From Minutocellus sp. GHC0000111 (taxonomy: Eukaryota): a stretch of 64,000 nt of DNA. Each line of letters starts with the position of its first letter. Position 1 is the stretch's first letter. The notes beneath the pieces were generated by a model that saw only the letters and a program-made list of their open reading frames with translations, was not told the DNA's origin and did not search any database. The stretch covers positions 2,356,001 to 2,420,000 of the forward strand of contig OZ361258.1 of assembly GCA_977018835.1 (NCBI GenBank), given 5' to 3'. The position numbers were made by a program, and so were the translations under genes. Shown piece after piece: positions 1 through 11,906 of this stretch.

Positions 1-1185
1 CCGGTCTCTCCAAACTTTTGCATCCAAGGCCAGGGCGTCCGGTCTTTACAGAAGGAAAAGTCAAGAAAAAGCGAATAGCGACAAAACATTTGATCGTTGT
101 TAGTTGCAACTGACAAAAAACCGCCAAAATCTCAAGTTGGCTGCATGGTCTCGAGAATATTCACATTACTTGACTTACAGATAAGGACATTGCAATTGCC
201 ATATTCCTCTCGAAAGTCAGAAAAAAATTGAGGATCCCATAAAAGAAACTCCTCAGCGCCCGCCTTATTGCTATGCCACTGAGTTAGTACTCTGCAGATC
301 CATAGATAGACATTGATGAAACGAACAGGTGAGCAACAAAACCTCATGGGTATGTTAAAGACGCAACAGGATCAAGTCACCTACATGCATACATATAGGC
401 GCAACACGACACCACACTTACCTTGCAAACGCCACATATCCACCACCCTTCTCTTCAGAAACATGATTGACCCAAATCCGGTCCTGGAACCGACCCTCCA
501 AGTTGATCTGTTCTCGATAGCTTTCTCTCTTATGCTTATAAACCCCCAGATCTGCGTGTGAATTCTCAAGAAACAAAGCCATATTTTCACCATCCGAGTC
601 TCCAACGACCAGTATGTTGAGTGCGTTGAAATCCACCTTGGTGAAAAAATTATTGTTGCTCTCAAACCGCGAACCGGCGGGCACTGCCTGCACCTGCTCT
701 GGCGGAACCCAACGATCGGTTTTAGTATCCCAGTGCGTCTCGCACTATTATGGATGGAATGGGCGAAAGATGTGAGAAATGCCAAGGGGAGTGGATTCGA
801 GGTAAGGAAAGCGATGAATTGATTGCGGGAAAAAACTAAGAACAAGGTAGAGACGATTCGATTCGATTCGACTGGATTCACCTGCTGCCCGGCCGTGGCG
901 GGGAAGGGATTGAAGCGCAGATGCGTCTTGAGGAGGGCCGCCTTGAGCGTGCGGCCTGGCTTGATCTTGTTGACGCCCTCGAGGAGGCGGAAGTTGGCTG
1001 AAAATCCCGTCCTTCCACCGATGAAATTCCTTGCGCTGCTACTTTGGTGCTGTTTCCGGGATTCGGAGGTGCACGGGTAGCGGGACAGGACGTTTTGACC
1101 GACGAGGGCCAGACCGTACCGCCCAAAACGTCCTGTCCCACCTTGCCAGCCGTCGCCATGTCCAACCTCTGCTGTATGGTCTCAT
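1..1185 (-). pseudogene. Spliced SGNH/TBL (PC-esterase)-like gene; 3' end runs off the window; frameshift near the 5' end
   Basis: GT-AG introns at 881-745, 421-292 and 178-44 join in frame: ...ATAGQQ/CETHWDTKTDRWVPP...NILVVGDSDGENM...FAR/VLTQW...NVLI/YRTPWPWM. ILVVGDS resembles the SGNH GDS motif. The ATG at 1185 is out of frame because 5 bp are missing at ~1072 relative to the inverted copy at ~4165. Confidence 0.5.
1037..1139. repeat. Left arm of a ~105-bp inverted repeat with an internal 16-bp-stem hairpin
   Basis: Reverse complement of 4096-4205 apart from a few substitutions and small indels. Contains gggacaggacgttttg-N26-caaaacgtcctgtccc. Confidence 0.9.
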
Positions 1186-1423
1186 TGTTGATAATAATAG
1201 TGAAGATGTCAACAAATATCGTCTCCCTCCTTTCTCTCGTCACCATGAGGATATATTTGAATAGATGATGTGAAAGTTTGCTGCCATGTGGCACAGATAT
1301 CGAGATTTTCATGTGACAATTTACGTTACATTGCCACTCGGCACAGCCAGGCGCCAGCATGATTTCCGACGTCCATTCCTCGGATCGGTGGGAAGAGACG
1401 AACGCCATAATCGCTCATCGACA

Positions 1424-2760
1424 ATGGCTAATCGTTTGAAAGAGAACGAGAAGGTGGCTATCTTAATCAATGCCAGAGACTCTTACAGCGTCGTGTTAGT
1501 GAGGGTGCTCGAGGCTGCGAAATCGGCCCACCGTAGCCCGTATCGCGCTGATCTTGAAATGAGCAAGGGGAGGGAATGCTGTTGTTGCCTTACCCCAAGA
1601 GAGTTTTATCAGATCGCATGGTATTGCTGTAGACCCCCTGAGAAATGGTAATTGTGGGTTTGATGCTGTCGGCCTGGCCATCTCCTACATGCAGGCAAAT
1701 GATACGTCCAGCGCGGCAATGCCCACCGCCAACATTGCGAACGACATCAATCAGTTGCGAAGGGATCTCCACAAACACGCCCGAGATTACTGCCGGGCAT
1801 TCTCACGCCACTATCAAAGCCTCATCAAGGACTCGGGTCAACGAGCAGAAGAGTGGTACACCCAACACGTCCTGGATCGATTGTATACTCCTGGCAGAGA
1901 TTACGCCAAAGATGGAGCAGACGGAGACGAATGGCTCGACGGTCCTTATGGATGCCCTATCATATCTGATTTCTTTCAGGTGAAAGTATTCCTCTACGAC
2001 CTGGATGGCGGGAGCACAACAGTCTACTCCCCCAATATTAGTGGCCACAGTGCTCGCCGTCGCACTCCGCAGGTTACGTGTAGTCACTTCCCGCACATGG
2101 AACCACCATCGCCAGGATCTGTCGCTCTAAATGAAGCAAGGCAATCACTTTTACTGGCTCTTGCCACGTTGAGGGGCTTTAACTCTGAGCAGCAGTGTTT
2201 TGGAGATCGACGCCGACTCTGACGATGGCACTGATGATGAAGTTGAGAATGTGCCAAAGGAAGAAACTATTAGACATTACAGTTCACGAGTCTGGCACTG
2301 CTTTCTGCGACGAGTGTGGCGGTGAAATCTCGGAGGAATCTGGCGGCAGAGAACCACACTGTGACACCGGTACATTCAACTCATCAACTGTCCGAGATAG
2401 CAACGTATCCTCCGGATGTTCAGTATCGGATTCAGATTCAGCACCCGCTCTCATGGGCGCCGTCGAAAGGGCGTGGGGGAGAAGAATCGCGAACGCACAA
2501 AAGGCTATCGCATCAACATCCAAGCAACCAATGAAGAAGGAGCTGAATTAGCGAGGAGACTTATAGGCAAACGCAAACTGAAAATGCTCTCCAGTGGGAA
2601 CAACGTCCTTACTTTCAACAATAATGCTTGCGCCGAGCTGAGCGAGAAGCGGAAGCGTCCCCGAATGGCCAATGCACAGAAAACAATCGAAGGAGCGGAG
2701 ACTTTGAATTCCCAGGATAAGGAAACGGGAGTAAAGGTGTATCATGGAGGGGTTGGATAG
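1424..2760 (+). pseudogene. Fragmented OTU-like cysteine protease (deubiquitinase-like) gene
   Basis: Extending ORF 1689-2222 upstream in frame gives VDPLRNGNCGFDAV (OTU Cys loop), then EWLDGPYGCPIISDFFQVKVFLY and TCSHF (putative His). The flanking ORFs appear to join through frameshifts; gene limits are uncertain. Confidence 0.55.
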
Positions 2761-2793
2761 TACTGAACTTGAACTTGAATAATGAACTAATTT

Positions 2794-3933
2794 CTATTTA
2801 ATTAATGAGTGTTTTTCGGCAAATGATTTCTTCGTTTTTGCTTGGTCGGTGAACATGTAAAATGAATGACTACGAAGTTCGTCCTCTCGGTCTCGTGACG
2901 AAGTTGCTACATCAACACAATTTTCGGCCTCCTCTCGGAGCCGATCCTTGAGATTCTCATCAATGCCAAAGGCCGCTTGACGGACTCGAATCAGCTCATT
3001 GATTACGTCGGGCTTTCTTGAAGCCTTATGGTACCTCTTCTGAGGCCGAATTGCAGGGAAGCGTTCAAGAAGTTCATTGAGCTCTTGCACCAGCTCTTTT
3101 GTCGTCCCGTTTGCACCCAATACCTCCGAAATAACTGAAGTTTTCAATTTCACTAGCTTTGTTTTCAGTTTTGTCGCCTGCTCGGACGTCAGAAGTATGG
3201 AATCAATGTGTTCTTCCGATCGCGACGCCCTGGTCGGATTTTCGATGTAGTTGTCGGTAACATATTTCTCCATTTTGTCTAAACCAAGCGAGAACCAACG
3301 CATCATATCAGCGGGCAATTGCTTCCCGCTTGTAGCAGAGCAGTACCTGTCATTATCGATTCGAGATCGTGCGTGGGATGGCTTTACTTTCTTGCCCTTT
3401 TCCATTATTCCGCTCCGATCGAGAAGAAGGGTAACCTTGATGTAGCCATCACGATCGGGCTCACCATTTTCGTTCCGATAAAGAACATCACGAAAGTGGA
3501 TTCGCAGCGGATCCTTCCTCTTATCCAAATAGTCACTCTTGATCATCGTAGTGCTCATGACTGGCGCTTTCGTCCGATCTTTATTGAGATGTTCCATGTT
3601 GTAGGAAGTAGTTGGTTCTGCGAATGGGCCATCGCTACGGCAGCATCTGCAGATCATATCTGGGCCACGGCATTTGATTGAATCCACGAAAGCACACTGC
3701 ACGTGGAAAACGCAGCCACACGGATTGAATCGAACGCGGTTCCCAGCCGAGGTTGGTTTTGTGCATCGAGCACAACTACTGTCGAATGGTATTGTACTCT
3801 TTTTAAGTGTTGGTCTTCTATTGTCGCCGCCCATAGTTGCATGAAGATAGTCTGTCGAATTGTGGCCGGTGGCCAACCCCAGGGCAGAATGCAACGACCC
3901 CCGACATCTGTCCAAAAATCGCAGCAGATTCAC
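2794..3933 (-). CDS. Uncharacterised protein with an N-terminal RING-like zinc finger
   Basis: 379-aa ORF with CARC...CGCVFHVQC...CRCC (C4HC3-like pattern); the remainder is not recognised. Confidence 0.5.
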   Translation of the reverse strand: MNLLRFLDRCRGSLHSALGLATGHNSTDYLHATMGGDNRRPTLKKSTIPFDSSCARCTKPTSAGNRVRFNPCGCVFHVQCAFVDSIKCRGPDMICRCCRSDGPFAEPTTSYNMEHLNKDRTKAPVMSTTMIKSDYLDKRKDPLRIHFRDVLYRNENGEPDRDGYIKVTLLLDRSGIMEKGKKVKPSHARSRIDNDRYCSATSGKQLPADMMRWFSLGLDKMEKYVTDNYIENPTRASRSEEHIDSILLTSEQATKLKTKLVKLKTSVISEVLGANGTTKELVQELNELLERFPAIRPQKRYHKASRKPDVINELIRVRQAAFGIDENLKDRLREEAENCVDVATSSRDREDELRSHSFYMFTDQAKTKKSFAEKHSLIK

Positions 3934-4095
3934 GCAGGACCAACTGATGTTTCACAAAAAATATCATCTCGGTCCACTCGAGGCATAACGACGACTTCAT
4001 AATTCAGTCTATCTTACAGCTAGTCGAGAGAATACTAATCAGCAGGAGGCGGGAGAACGTAGAATGAGGCAGGATGCGAGCCGCCGCCGACCTGC

Positions 4096-4205
4096 GGGAC
4101 AGGACGTTTTGGGCGGTACGGTCTGGCCCTCGTCGGTCAAAACGTCCTGTCCCGCTACCCGTTCAGCGCACCTCCGAGTCCCGGAAACAGCACCAACTTG
4201 TAGCA
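4096..4205. repeat. Right arm of the ~105-bp inverted repeat with an internal hairpin
   Basis: Matches 1037-1139 in inverted orientation. The hairpin stem gcgggacaggacgttttg...caaaacgtcctgtcccgc starts 2 bp before the shared arm. Confidence 0.9.
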
Positions 4206-4734
4206 CTGACACTGGTACTGCTACTGCTGCCAGGCCTTCTTTTGAGGACGGTCAGGAGCGAGCTTCGCGTCGCCTCATCGGCACCGAGATCGATGAGCAC
4301 GGCCAAGGATCCGCACAGACAGAGCGTCGATGCAATCTTTACGAAAACGTGTCGTCTTCGCCGCTGATGCGGCAGCGGCGGTGGTTCCGCCATGGTCTCT
4401 CTCTGAAATAGAGTAATGACCAGCCCAATGACTGATCGAGGCGATGGCTTCTGGTTTTCTGTACCTAGCTAACTGAAAAGAAAAAGAACTCCTACGTGGA
4501 CAATCGGGAAAGACCCAGCACCAGCTCAGCGAAAATGAGCTCATTCAGCTCATTTTTCGCAAACGGCGGCCCGAACCCCGTGCGTGGTACCATTGTTCTC
4601 GGCGATAGGCGAGGCGATAAGAAAGGAAGTGAGCCTCGTTGTCGTCTGAAGCAAAACAGCTTTCCGGTGCTCTAGCCAACACAACGAGCTGTATCTTGTT
4701 GTCTCATCAGAAACGACAGCATATCAGACCAACA

Positions 4735-7700
4735 ATGGCCACGTCCACGACCAGTACCTTCCGGGGACGGTACGGCGTCGCTCTTGCGGCATTGCTGCTC
4801 ACAGCAGCCAATGTCGATGCCTTCGGGACAACCGATGTGTCGAGTCGCAGCTCTGTTGCGAGGATGGGGGGTTCCTTCACTGCCATGACGTCCAATCAAC
4901 GGATGGCTTGGTTGCCTTCGACCAGCAATGGCGGCAGCAACAGCAACAGTCCGTCATCCTTTCGTCGCTCCTCACGCGCCAGCAGCAACAGCAGAAGTAA
5001 GAGCAGCACATCCCTGTCAATGCTGTTCGAGCGCATGTCGGAGGAGTGCATCGGCGCACTGGTATCGGTGCAGAACGAATCCGCCTCCCAGGGACAGTCC
5101 TCGGTGGGCACCGAGATCATGTTCCTTGGCATCGTCGACCGGCCGGAGAATGCCCGGACCACCCTTAAGAAGTACGGCATCACCCTGCGCAACACCAAGC
5201 GGACCATCTCGTCCATGTTTTCCGAGGAGGATGGTGGTAATGGGAGCAAGGGTGGCGGCGGGGCAGGAAAGATGGGCAAAATGTTCAACCTCAACAACAA
5301 GGCGCGCGATGTCGAGCTGCCCTTCACCCAGGGCCTCAAGAGGGTGCTGACGGCGGCCTCCCGCATTGCCGATGAGATGGATTCCTCGCAGATCAATTCC
5401 GAGCACGTCCTTCTGGCATTGATGGAGTACAAGACCGATGAGGACGGCAACGTCGAGGCAGCCTCAATGGACGAGGATGGCTACGCCAAGGGAGCATTGG
5501 CGGTCATACTGCGGATGGATGGAATGGATGCCGACAACTTCTCTTCGACGGAATTCTGCCGCACTCTCGTCAGGGACATGAACGAATCCGACGGTGCCGA
5601 GCTCGTTACAGGCAACGTCAGTTCCAAGGCCACTCCCACCTTGGCCGATTGTGGCCAGGATCTTACCGAGGCGGCCATGAACTTCGAGCTGGACGAGGTG
5701 TTTGGGCGCGACGAGGAGATTCGGATGTGCCTGCGAACATTGGTCCGACGAAGGTGAGTATCGTATGTGAATTCATTGGATAATGTTGAATCACATCAAT
5801 TCCCTAGTCTAGACCAGCGAGACGAGGCAAGAGCACGAACAGCATCCCTCTTCGACACCGACTACTCAACAATGAATCGACTTACTTCGACAGCAGGATA
5901 AAACGCCCTTTTCCACCATTGAATTGACTTATTTCATATCTCATTTGTCATATCTCACTTCCGCATCAATTGCCTTCTTTGCACTTTGGTAGGAAAAACA
6001 ACCCATGCCTCATGGGAGAACCGGGGGTTGGAAAGACTGCGATTGCAGAAGGCCTGGCGCAAATCATTGCAGCGAATAGCATGCTGGCGAGAATGGATGA
6101 AATTTTTGATCTCGACGAAGATGGCCAATTCGTAAACAAAGACAAAGTTCAGAGAGTGCGCGAATTGGCCAAGCTTTGTCCTCCCCGCCTTCGTGGACAT
6201 CGTGTGGTGTCTCTTGAGCTTGCAAATCTTGTTGCCGGTACCAAATATCGAGGAGAATTCGAAGAGCGACTTCAGTCGATTGTAGAAGAGGTGACCGATG
6301 AGAAGAGTCCCCCAACAATTCTCTTCATCGACGAGATTCACACCCTTGTTGGAGCTGGTAGTGCCGAGGGAGGCATCGATGCTGCCAATATGCTAAAGCC
6401 GGCACTCGCAAGAGGCAAGCTTCAGGTCATTGGCGCGACAACCATTGCAGAGTATCGCAAATACATCGAGAAGGATGCTGCATTAGAACGGCGTCTTCAG
6501 CCACTCCTCGTCAAGGAGCCAACCGTATCTCAAACAATTGGAATTCTTGAAGCCATTGCCGACAAGTACGGTGCTCATCACGGTGTTCAATATACCCCCG
6601 AGAGTATTGCCTCGGCCGCCAAGCTGTCAGAGCGATACATTAACGACCGCTTCCTCCCTGACAAGGTGAGTGTGATGAATAGCTAAGTAGTCTGTCGAAT
6701 TGAGACAACAATAAGTGGTTTGCTCCATTTTCTAAAAGTATTCCCCTTCCAAATGTTGCTTGCCCATTCACTCTCACACTATCTCACACATACCAGGCAA
6801 TCGACCTCTTGGACGAAGCGGGTGCTGTTGTACACATGGAAATTCCTTACGATGCAAGTGGTAAAATGATTTCCTCCGGCGCAAACTTGCCACAGGTAAC
6901 GGAGCACACCGTAGCAGACGTTGTATCTCAATGGTCAAATGTACCCATTGGAAAGATTGAGAGTGAGGAAACAGACCGCCTCATGGCGCTGGAATCTGAA
7001 CTCACTCAGCGCGTAAAGGGCCAGGCGAGGGCTGTCCGATCAGTTTCGCGGGCGGTCCGAAGAGCCCGATCCGGCCTTCGTGATCAAAGCCGTCCCATTG
7101 CTTCGTTCATGTTCTGTGGACCAACGGTAAGTGGGCGTTGTTTTAGTTCGGTTCGTCTACTTTATAAGAAGATGCAATGAATATTTCGGCTCATTTCACT
7201 TATTCACCGCGCAAATCTCGCCAAACCTAACCCGTGAATTTCGCAGGGAGTCGGTAAGACGGAACTGTGCAAGACCCTTGCAGAAACCTACTTTGGATCG
7301 GAAAAGGTGAGCTCGTTTGTAATCTGCCATTGTTATGCGCTTACAACACAGCACGGCAAAGAAGGCACGTTACCATCAATTTGCAGCAAAAGTCATCTTT
7401 CCATTGTTCTAAATATTAACTACTGCTCTCCCCCCTCCCCCCACACCCATGCACAAATTGATAGGACATGATTCGCATCGACATGTCAGAATACATGGCC
7501 AAGCATGACGTGTCGCGTCTAACGGGGCCGCCGCCGGGATATATCGGCTTTGAGGAGGGCGGTCAACTAACCAATGCGGTTTGACGTGCTCCGCATTCTG
7601 TCGTTCTGCTCGATGAGCTAGAAAAGGGCCATCCAGATGTTCTCAATATTTTGTTATAGATCCTTGAGGACGGCCAACTCACCGATGGTCAGGGCCGAAC

Positions 7701-8415
7701 GGTTTCGTTCAAGGAGGTCATCCTCGTCATGACTAGTAACGTAGGTTCCAAGAGGATTCTCGACGTTGCCAAAAAAGGGTCCGTCCAGGCAAATGGATCA
7801 TCAAACGACGAAGACGAGGCCGTGAGATCCGCGGCTCAGTACTCTGAGATGTCCGATGTTGTCAAGGAAGAGCTCGAAGCCGCCATGAAGCCGGAACTGT
7901 TGAACCGTATCGACGAAATCGTTGTCTTTTCACCCCTCGGCGGCTCTGATCTGCGCGACATTGTCAAGCTCATTGTGAACCAGGCCGTGGATCGTGCCTC
8001 AAAGGAGCGCTCGATTACTCTGTCTGTATCCGATTGTCTCATTGATAAGATATTGCAGGAAGGCAGCGCCAATGCTGCCCAGTTCGGCGCCCGTCCGATC
8101 CGACGAGCGGCCCAGAGATATGTCGAAGACGCTGTCTCGGACGCCATTATTCGTGGATTTGTAAAGGAAGGCGAAACTGCTACCGTTTCCTTTGGTAGAG
8201 AAGGGGTCGATCCCTTTGAATTGTCGACCGTTCAGATTACGCGACACTCGGACGGTCAGGCGATGGCATTCGAAGTCGAGGATGCTCACGGAGGGATTGG
8301 TTCGGTCAAGCCCAGTGTATCGGAAGAAGTCGAGATGGAAATGGCAAATGGCGATACAACCCCACGCAAGAAAAGAAGAAGCGAGCACAGAACGAGCCCG
8401 AGGCTGACGCTGTGA
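4735..8415 (+). pseudogene. clpC: Plastid-targeted ClpC/Hsp100-like AAA+ chaperone with two in-frame nonsense codons
   Basis: Presequence with VDAF, Clp-N repeats, Walker A GEPGVGKT and GPTGVGKT, RIDMSEY. Introns 5754-5992, 6666-6796, 7127-7246 and 7307-7464. TGA at 7582-7584 (AV*RAPH, Arg expected) and TAG at 7657-7659 (LL*ILEDG, Gln expected). Confidence 0.88.
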
Positions 8416-8542
8416 TGCAATAAGCTTAGCTCATATTGATAATCAACCTGCACAAGTCATGCCTCGGTAACCATGATGGGAAAAAGGCAACTAGCTATTA
8501 TAGATAAAATTACTACCAATACCTTTTCTGCCATTAGCTCTC

Positions 8543-11102
8543 TCAATCTACGATGGGATCCCACACCCAAAGGTTGGCCAAGTACTTTTCTCCAGAATGA
8601 ACGGGCGTGCTCTGGTGCTGACTCAGGTCGTCAAAATTACCATCCGGTAGAGTATTAAAAAAGAGAACAGCAGTGCCAGCCTTGGGCTTGACCTTGATTC
8701 CATCATGAGATTCTGAATTGACTGCACGAGGAAAGACCGTCTCACCTCCGTCTTCAACATTATTCAAGTACAACAACAATGTGGCAAATCGGCCTGGTTG
8801 ATAACGATTTCCGAAAGCAGGGTAGCTAAAGTCATGATGCGCATGATACTCCTCGCCTTCGCCATAGTGTACCAATTGCATACGCTCTGCAATAGAATGG
8901 TCCGTGGCAAGCTCGGGATGCTCTTCATTCGATCTGTGGCGCAAAAGAGATTCATCTATGCCTAACAAATCTGCCGCTCTGCGGTATATCGAATCTACGA
9001 TGGGACTAGCCTCTCTCTCTATCCAAGCATTGGTAGAACTCCGAGTTGCTGCATCCACCTGTTCATTTTCGGATTTCTCGGCGTCGTTGCCATAGTTTGA
9101 AACTCCACCAGGATGGACGGTTGACCGACTTAGCGTAATGTTGCGACTGCCATCCGTGACGAGATCTTTTATGTGTTCAACTTCCACAGCGGAGAGAAAG
9201 TCATCCACTTTAAACACCTTTGGAGCACAAGCGATGGTTTCCATCTTTAGCTCCAGCTCACGGACACCCTCTTGGCGGTATTTGGGAAGCGATATGCTTA
9301 AATCTTTGCCATACCGAGTCTCTCGGTGAACTCGACGCTCATGGTCATGATAGGAAAGCTTCTCAAGCTCTGATTTAGGGGGCCTCGTTGTAAAATGGCG
9401 CTCGAAAGTCTTTACTGATTTCGTCTTGCCAAAGTATTCTGCAGTGTGCATGTAATGGAAGGGAACGGGCCGGGGGAAGTCTGCTAGCCAAGTACGCTTG
9501 GTTTTGATGAGATAATCTATTGCGTAGGCTTGATTCAACTTCCACATTTTATACCGCGATTGTTGTTCGGGCGTAAGATTGTCAAGGTCACTCGGGTCAT
9601 AGTACACATGCGACTCGTCTGCAGTCATAGTCCACCTCTGAAGGACAAATCGATCATCGTATTTGTCATGCGTTACCGGGATGAGACTGAATGATTGCCC
9701 CGGAGTGGTGGCCGTGTCCAAACTCTCGAATGGTGGCACCCGACCTACCAATTGCGCGTCAGATCCACCTCGTCCGTCCCAAAATAAATTCAGTGGTTCA
9801 GGCGATAAATTCGTGAATTTGGCCGCGAAGCCGCTGAACTTTGGTGCCACTGCTGTTATTTTGCCGCCGATATCCGAATCACTACCACCGGTAGCAGCCT
9901 GCTTCTCCCTCTTGGCGGCTTCCGCAGCAGCCTCGGGATTCTATTGTAGATGCTCATCTCTTCGCGACTTGCTCATCTCTTCGCGACTTGAGGATTGATT
10001 TGACCGATGGCATGCCAGGTGATTGGCCACTTACAGCATCCTCGGGTCCAATGCCAAGATCAGTTCCAGCAGCAGAATTACCAGGCGAAGCTCCCGTTTC
10101 TCTGTAAAAGGTGGAAACATCAGGTTGTACGTATGCCAGTCCCCAACCTTTCAAGCTATGTCTTCCTTTGGAAACTTCGGCAGCCTTGATACGGAGGCAC
10201 AGGTATTCTCGATCAGCGTCAGAAACAATGCCAGGTTCTCCTGCCGCCAGCACACTGTCATACATATCCTCCTTCTTTTTATCGGCAAGTTAATGCACCC
10301 CCATGGTGGAAACCAAATCACTTGGTACGCGAAAGTCAAAGGGAACGAGGCCTGGATTGCTGTTGACATTGCCCATTCCCATGTCATTGGTGTCTGCATC
10401 ATCGTTCAAAACTGACGGCCGATACTTGTAGCGCATATTACTGTCGCCATTTTCATCACCAACCATCAATAACTTGCGGACACCCTCCAAGTAATTGCTG
10501 TTGTTGTTGTTGTTGTTGACCTCATCATGATCCTGACAAAACCCAAGGTTGGCAGTCCGACGATACACATGATGATATTGAGGGTGATTGGTATTATCCG
10601 CCTCGGTCGATCCGGCATTGCTGGTCGGTGAAATATGTGGCGTCGATGCAGTCGGATAAGGACTCGGAACATTCAGGGTCGGCGCTGCTGCGAATTTGCC
10701 ACTGCTGCCGATTGTCCCGCCGTTTGGCGCGTTTGCTCGATGCTCGACAAAATCGCGGTACAGGCCCGTCAGCGTCACGTGCAGGAATTCTCCATCGTTG
10801 AGGTGCGCATGTCCCACAACGGCGGCAACGACAGCAATAATGATAGCAGGTAAGTGCTGCCGGAGGATGACACGCATGTATCGGTGCCGCGTTCGGTTGC
10901 CCTCGTGCCCACCGTTGCTGTTGTCGTAACCGTCATTGTCACCGTTGGTGTTGGTGTTGGTGTTGGTGTTGGTGGAGAAGTCATCTTCGTCTTCATCAAA
11001 AATGCTGAAGCTGTCATCGCCACCAGAAGACGACTCATCGTCGACAAAGCTGTAGCTTTCGTCGTCGCTCTCACTGGAATTGGAAGAAGGGCCGTTCATC
11101 AT
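8543..11102 (-). pseudogene. Membrane-anchored prolyl 4-hydroxylase-like 2OG-Fe(II) dioxygenase, disrupted
   Basis: C-terminal HAHHDF...GGETVFP...QHQSTPV...GEKYLANLW motifs and an N-terminal hydrophobic segment. The three ORFs are linked by an in-frame TAA (10290-10292), a 19-bp tandem duplication (9951-9988) and an in-frame TAG (9941-9943). Confidence 0.75.
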
Positions 11103-11906
11103 GAGGCTGACTGACTTTTGTCCAATCGGTACTGTCCGTAGTCAAAATTGATGATGAAGCCGGAAGGCTGAGCGGCTTCGCCGTGGCTTGAAGTCAGGGG
11201 TTCCCCCTTTTTCATGTCGATTGTGTCAGCCAGACCTCCTGCTGGCTGCCACGCAGTTTTGATGGATTTCATACGGCAGCAGATCGAATTAGACCAAGCC
11301 ACGCTCCCGATCCCACGGAGGTGGCTGAATATCACCATACAAGCACAGCCTAGCTACCACGATGATTGACCCACACGGCGATACAACTACGAGCTATGAT
11401 CCAGCGAGGCATTCTCTTGCCTCCGTTCCAGATCCTATTAATTCCTAAATCACACTCTCTGCTCAAGTGACGAGCCGAGAATCCACCTCCCTCGGAGCTG
11501 CTGCTGCTGCTGCTGCTTCGTTCGCTGCCCGCTCTCAACGCCGGAATAGACCGGTACCGGTAGTACATGTACCTGGTACGTGTACCACCACCACCGTGAT
11601 TCATTCGTCCGGATACAGAATTCCAACAGAAGGGTGAATGGTATTATGTCAACAAGACAAATTGAAGTAGCACAAGGGGGGATCGCTGACGCGCGAGTTT
11701 CGGCGCCAACTTCAACACCGCCGCCAATCTTCGGAGCCTCTGGCGCTCTCTGCTCTCTGCCCAATTGCTCTAGCTAGGCTCCCATCCTTCGTTGCAATTG
11801 CTCTGCGCTGCAAAGCATATCTCTTGCTCACTCGCCATTGCCTGCCTGCCTCTCGCGTGTGTGATCGACACTTCATCATTGCTCGAGTAATCAAGACAAA
11901 AGAACC

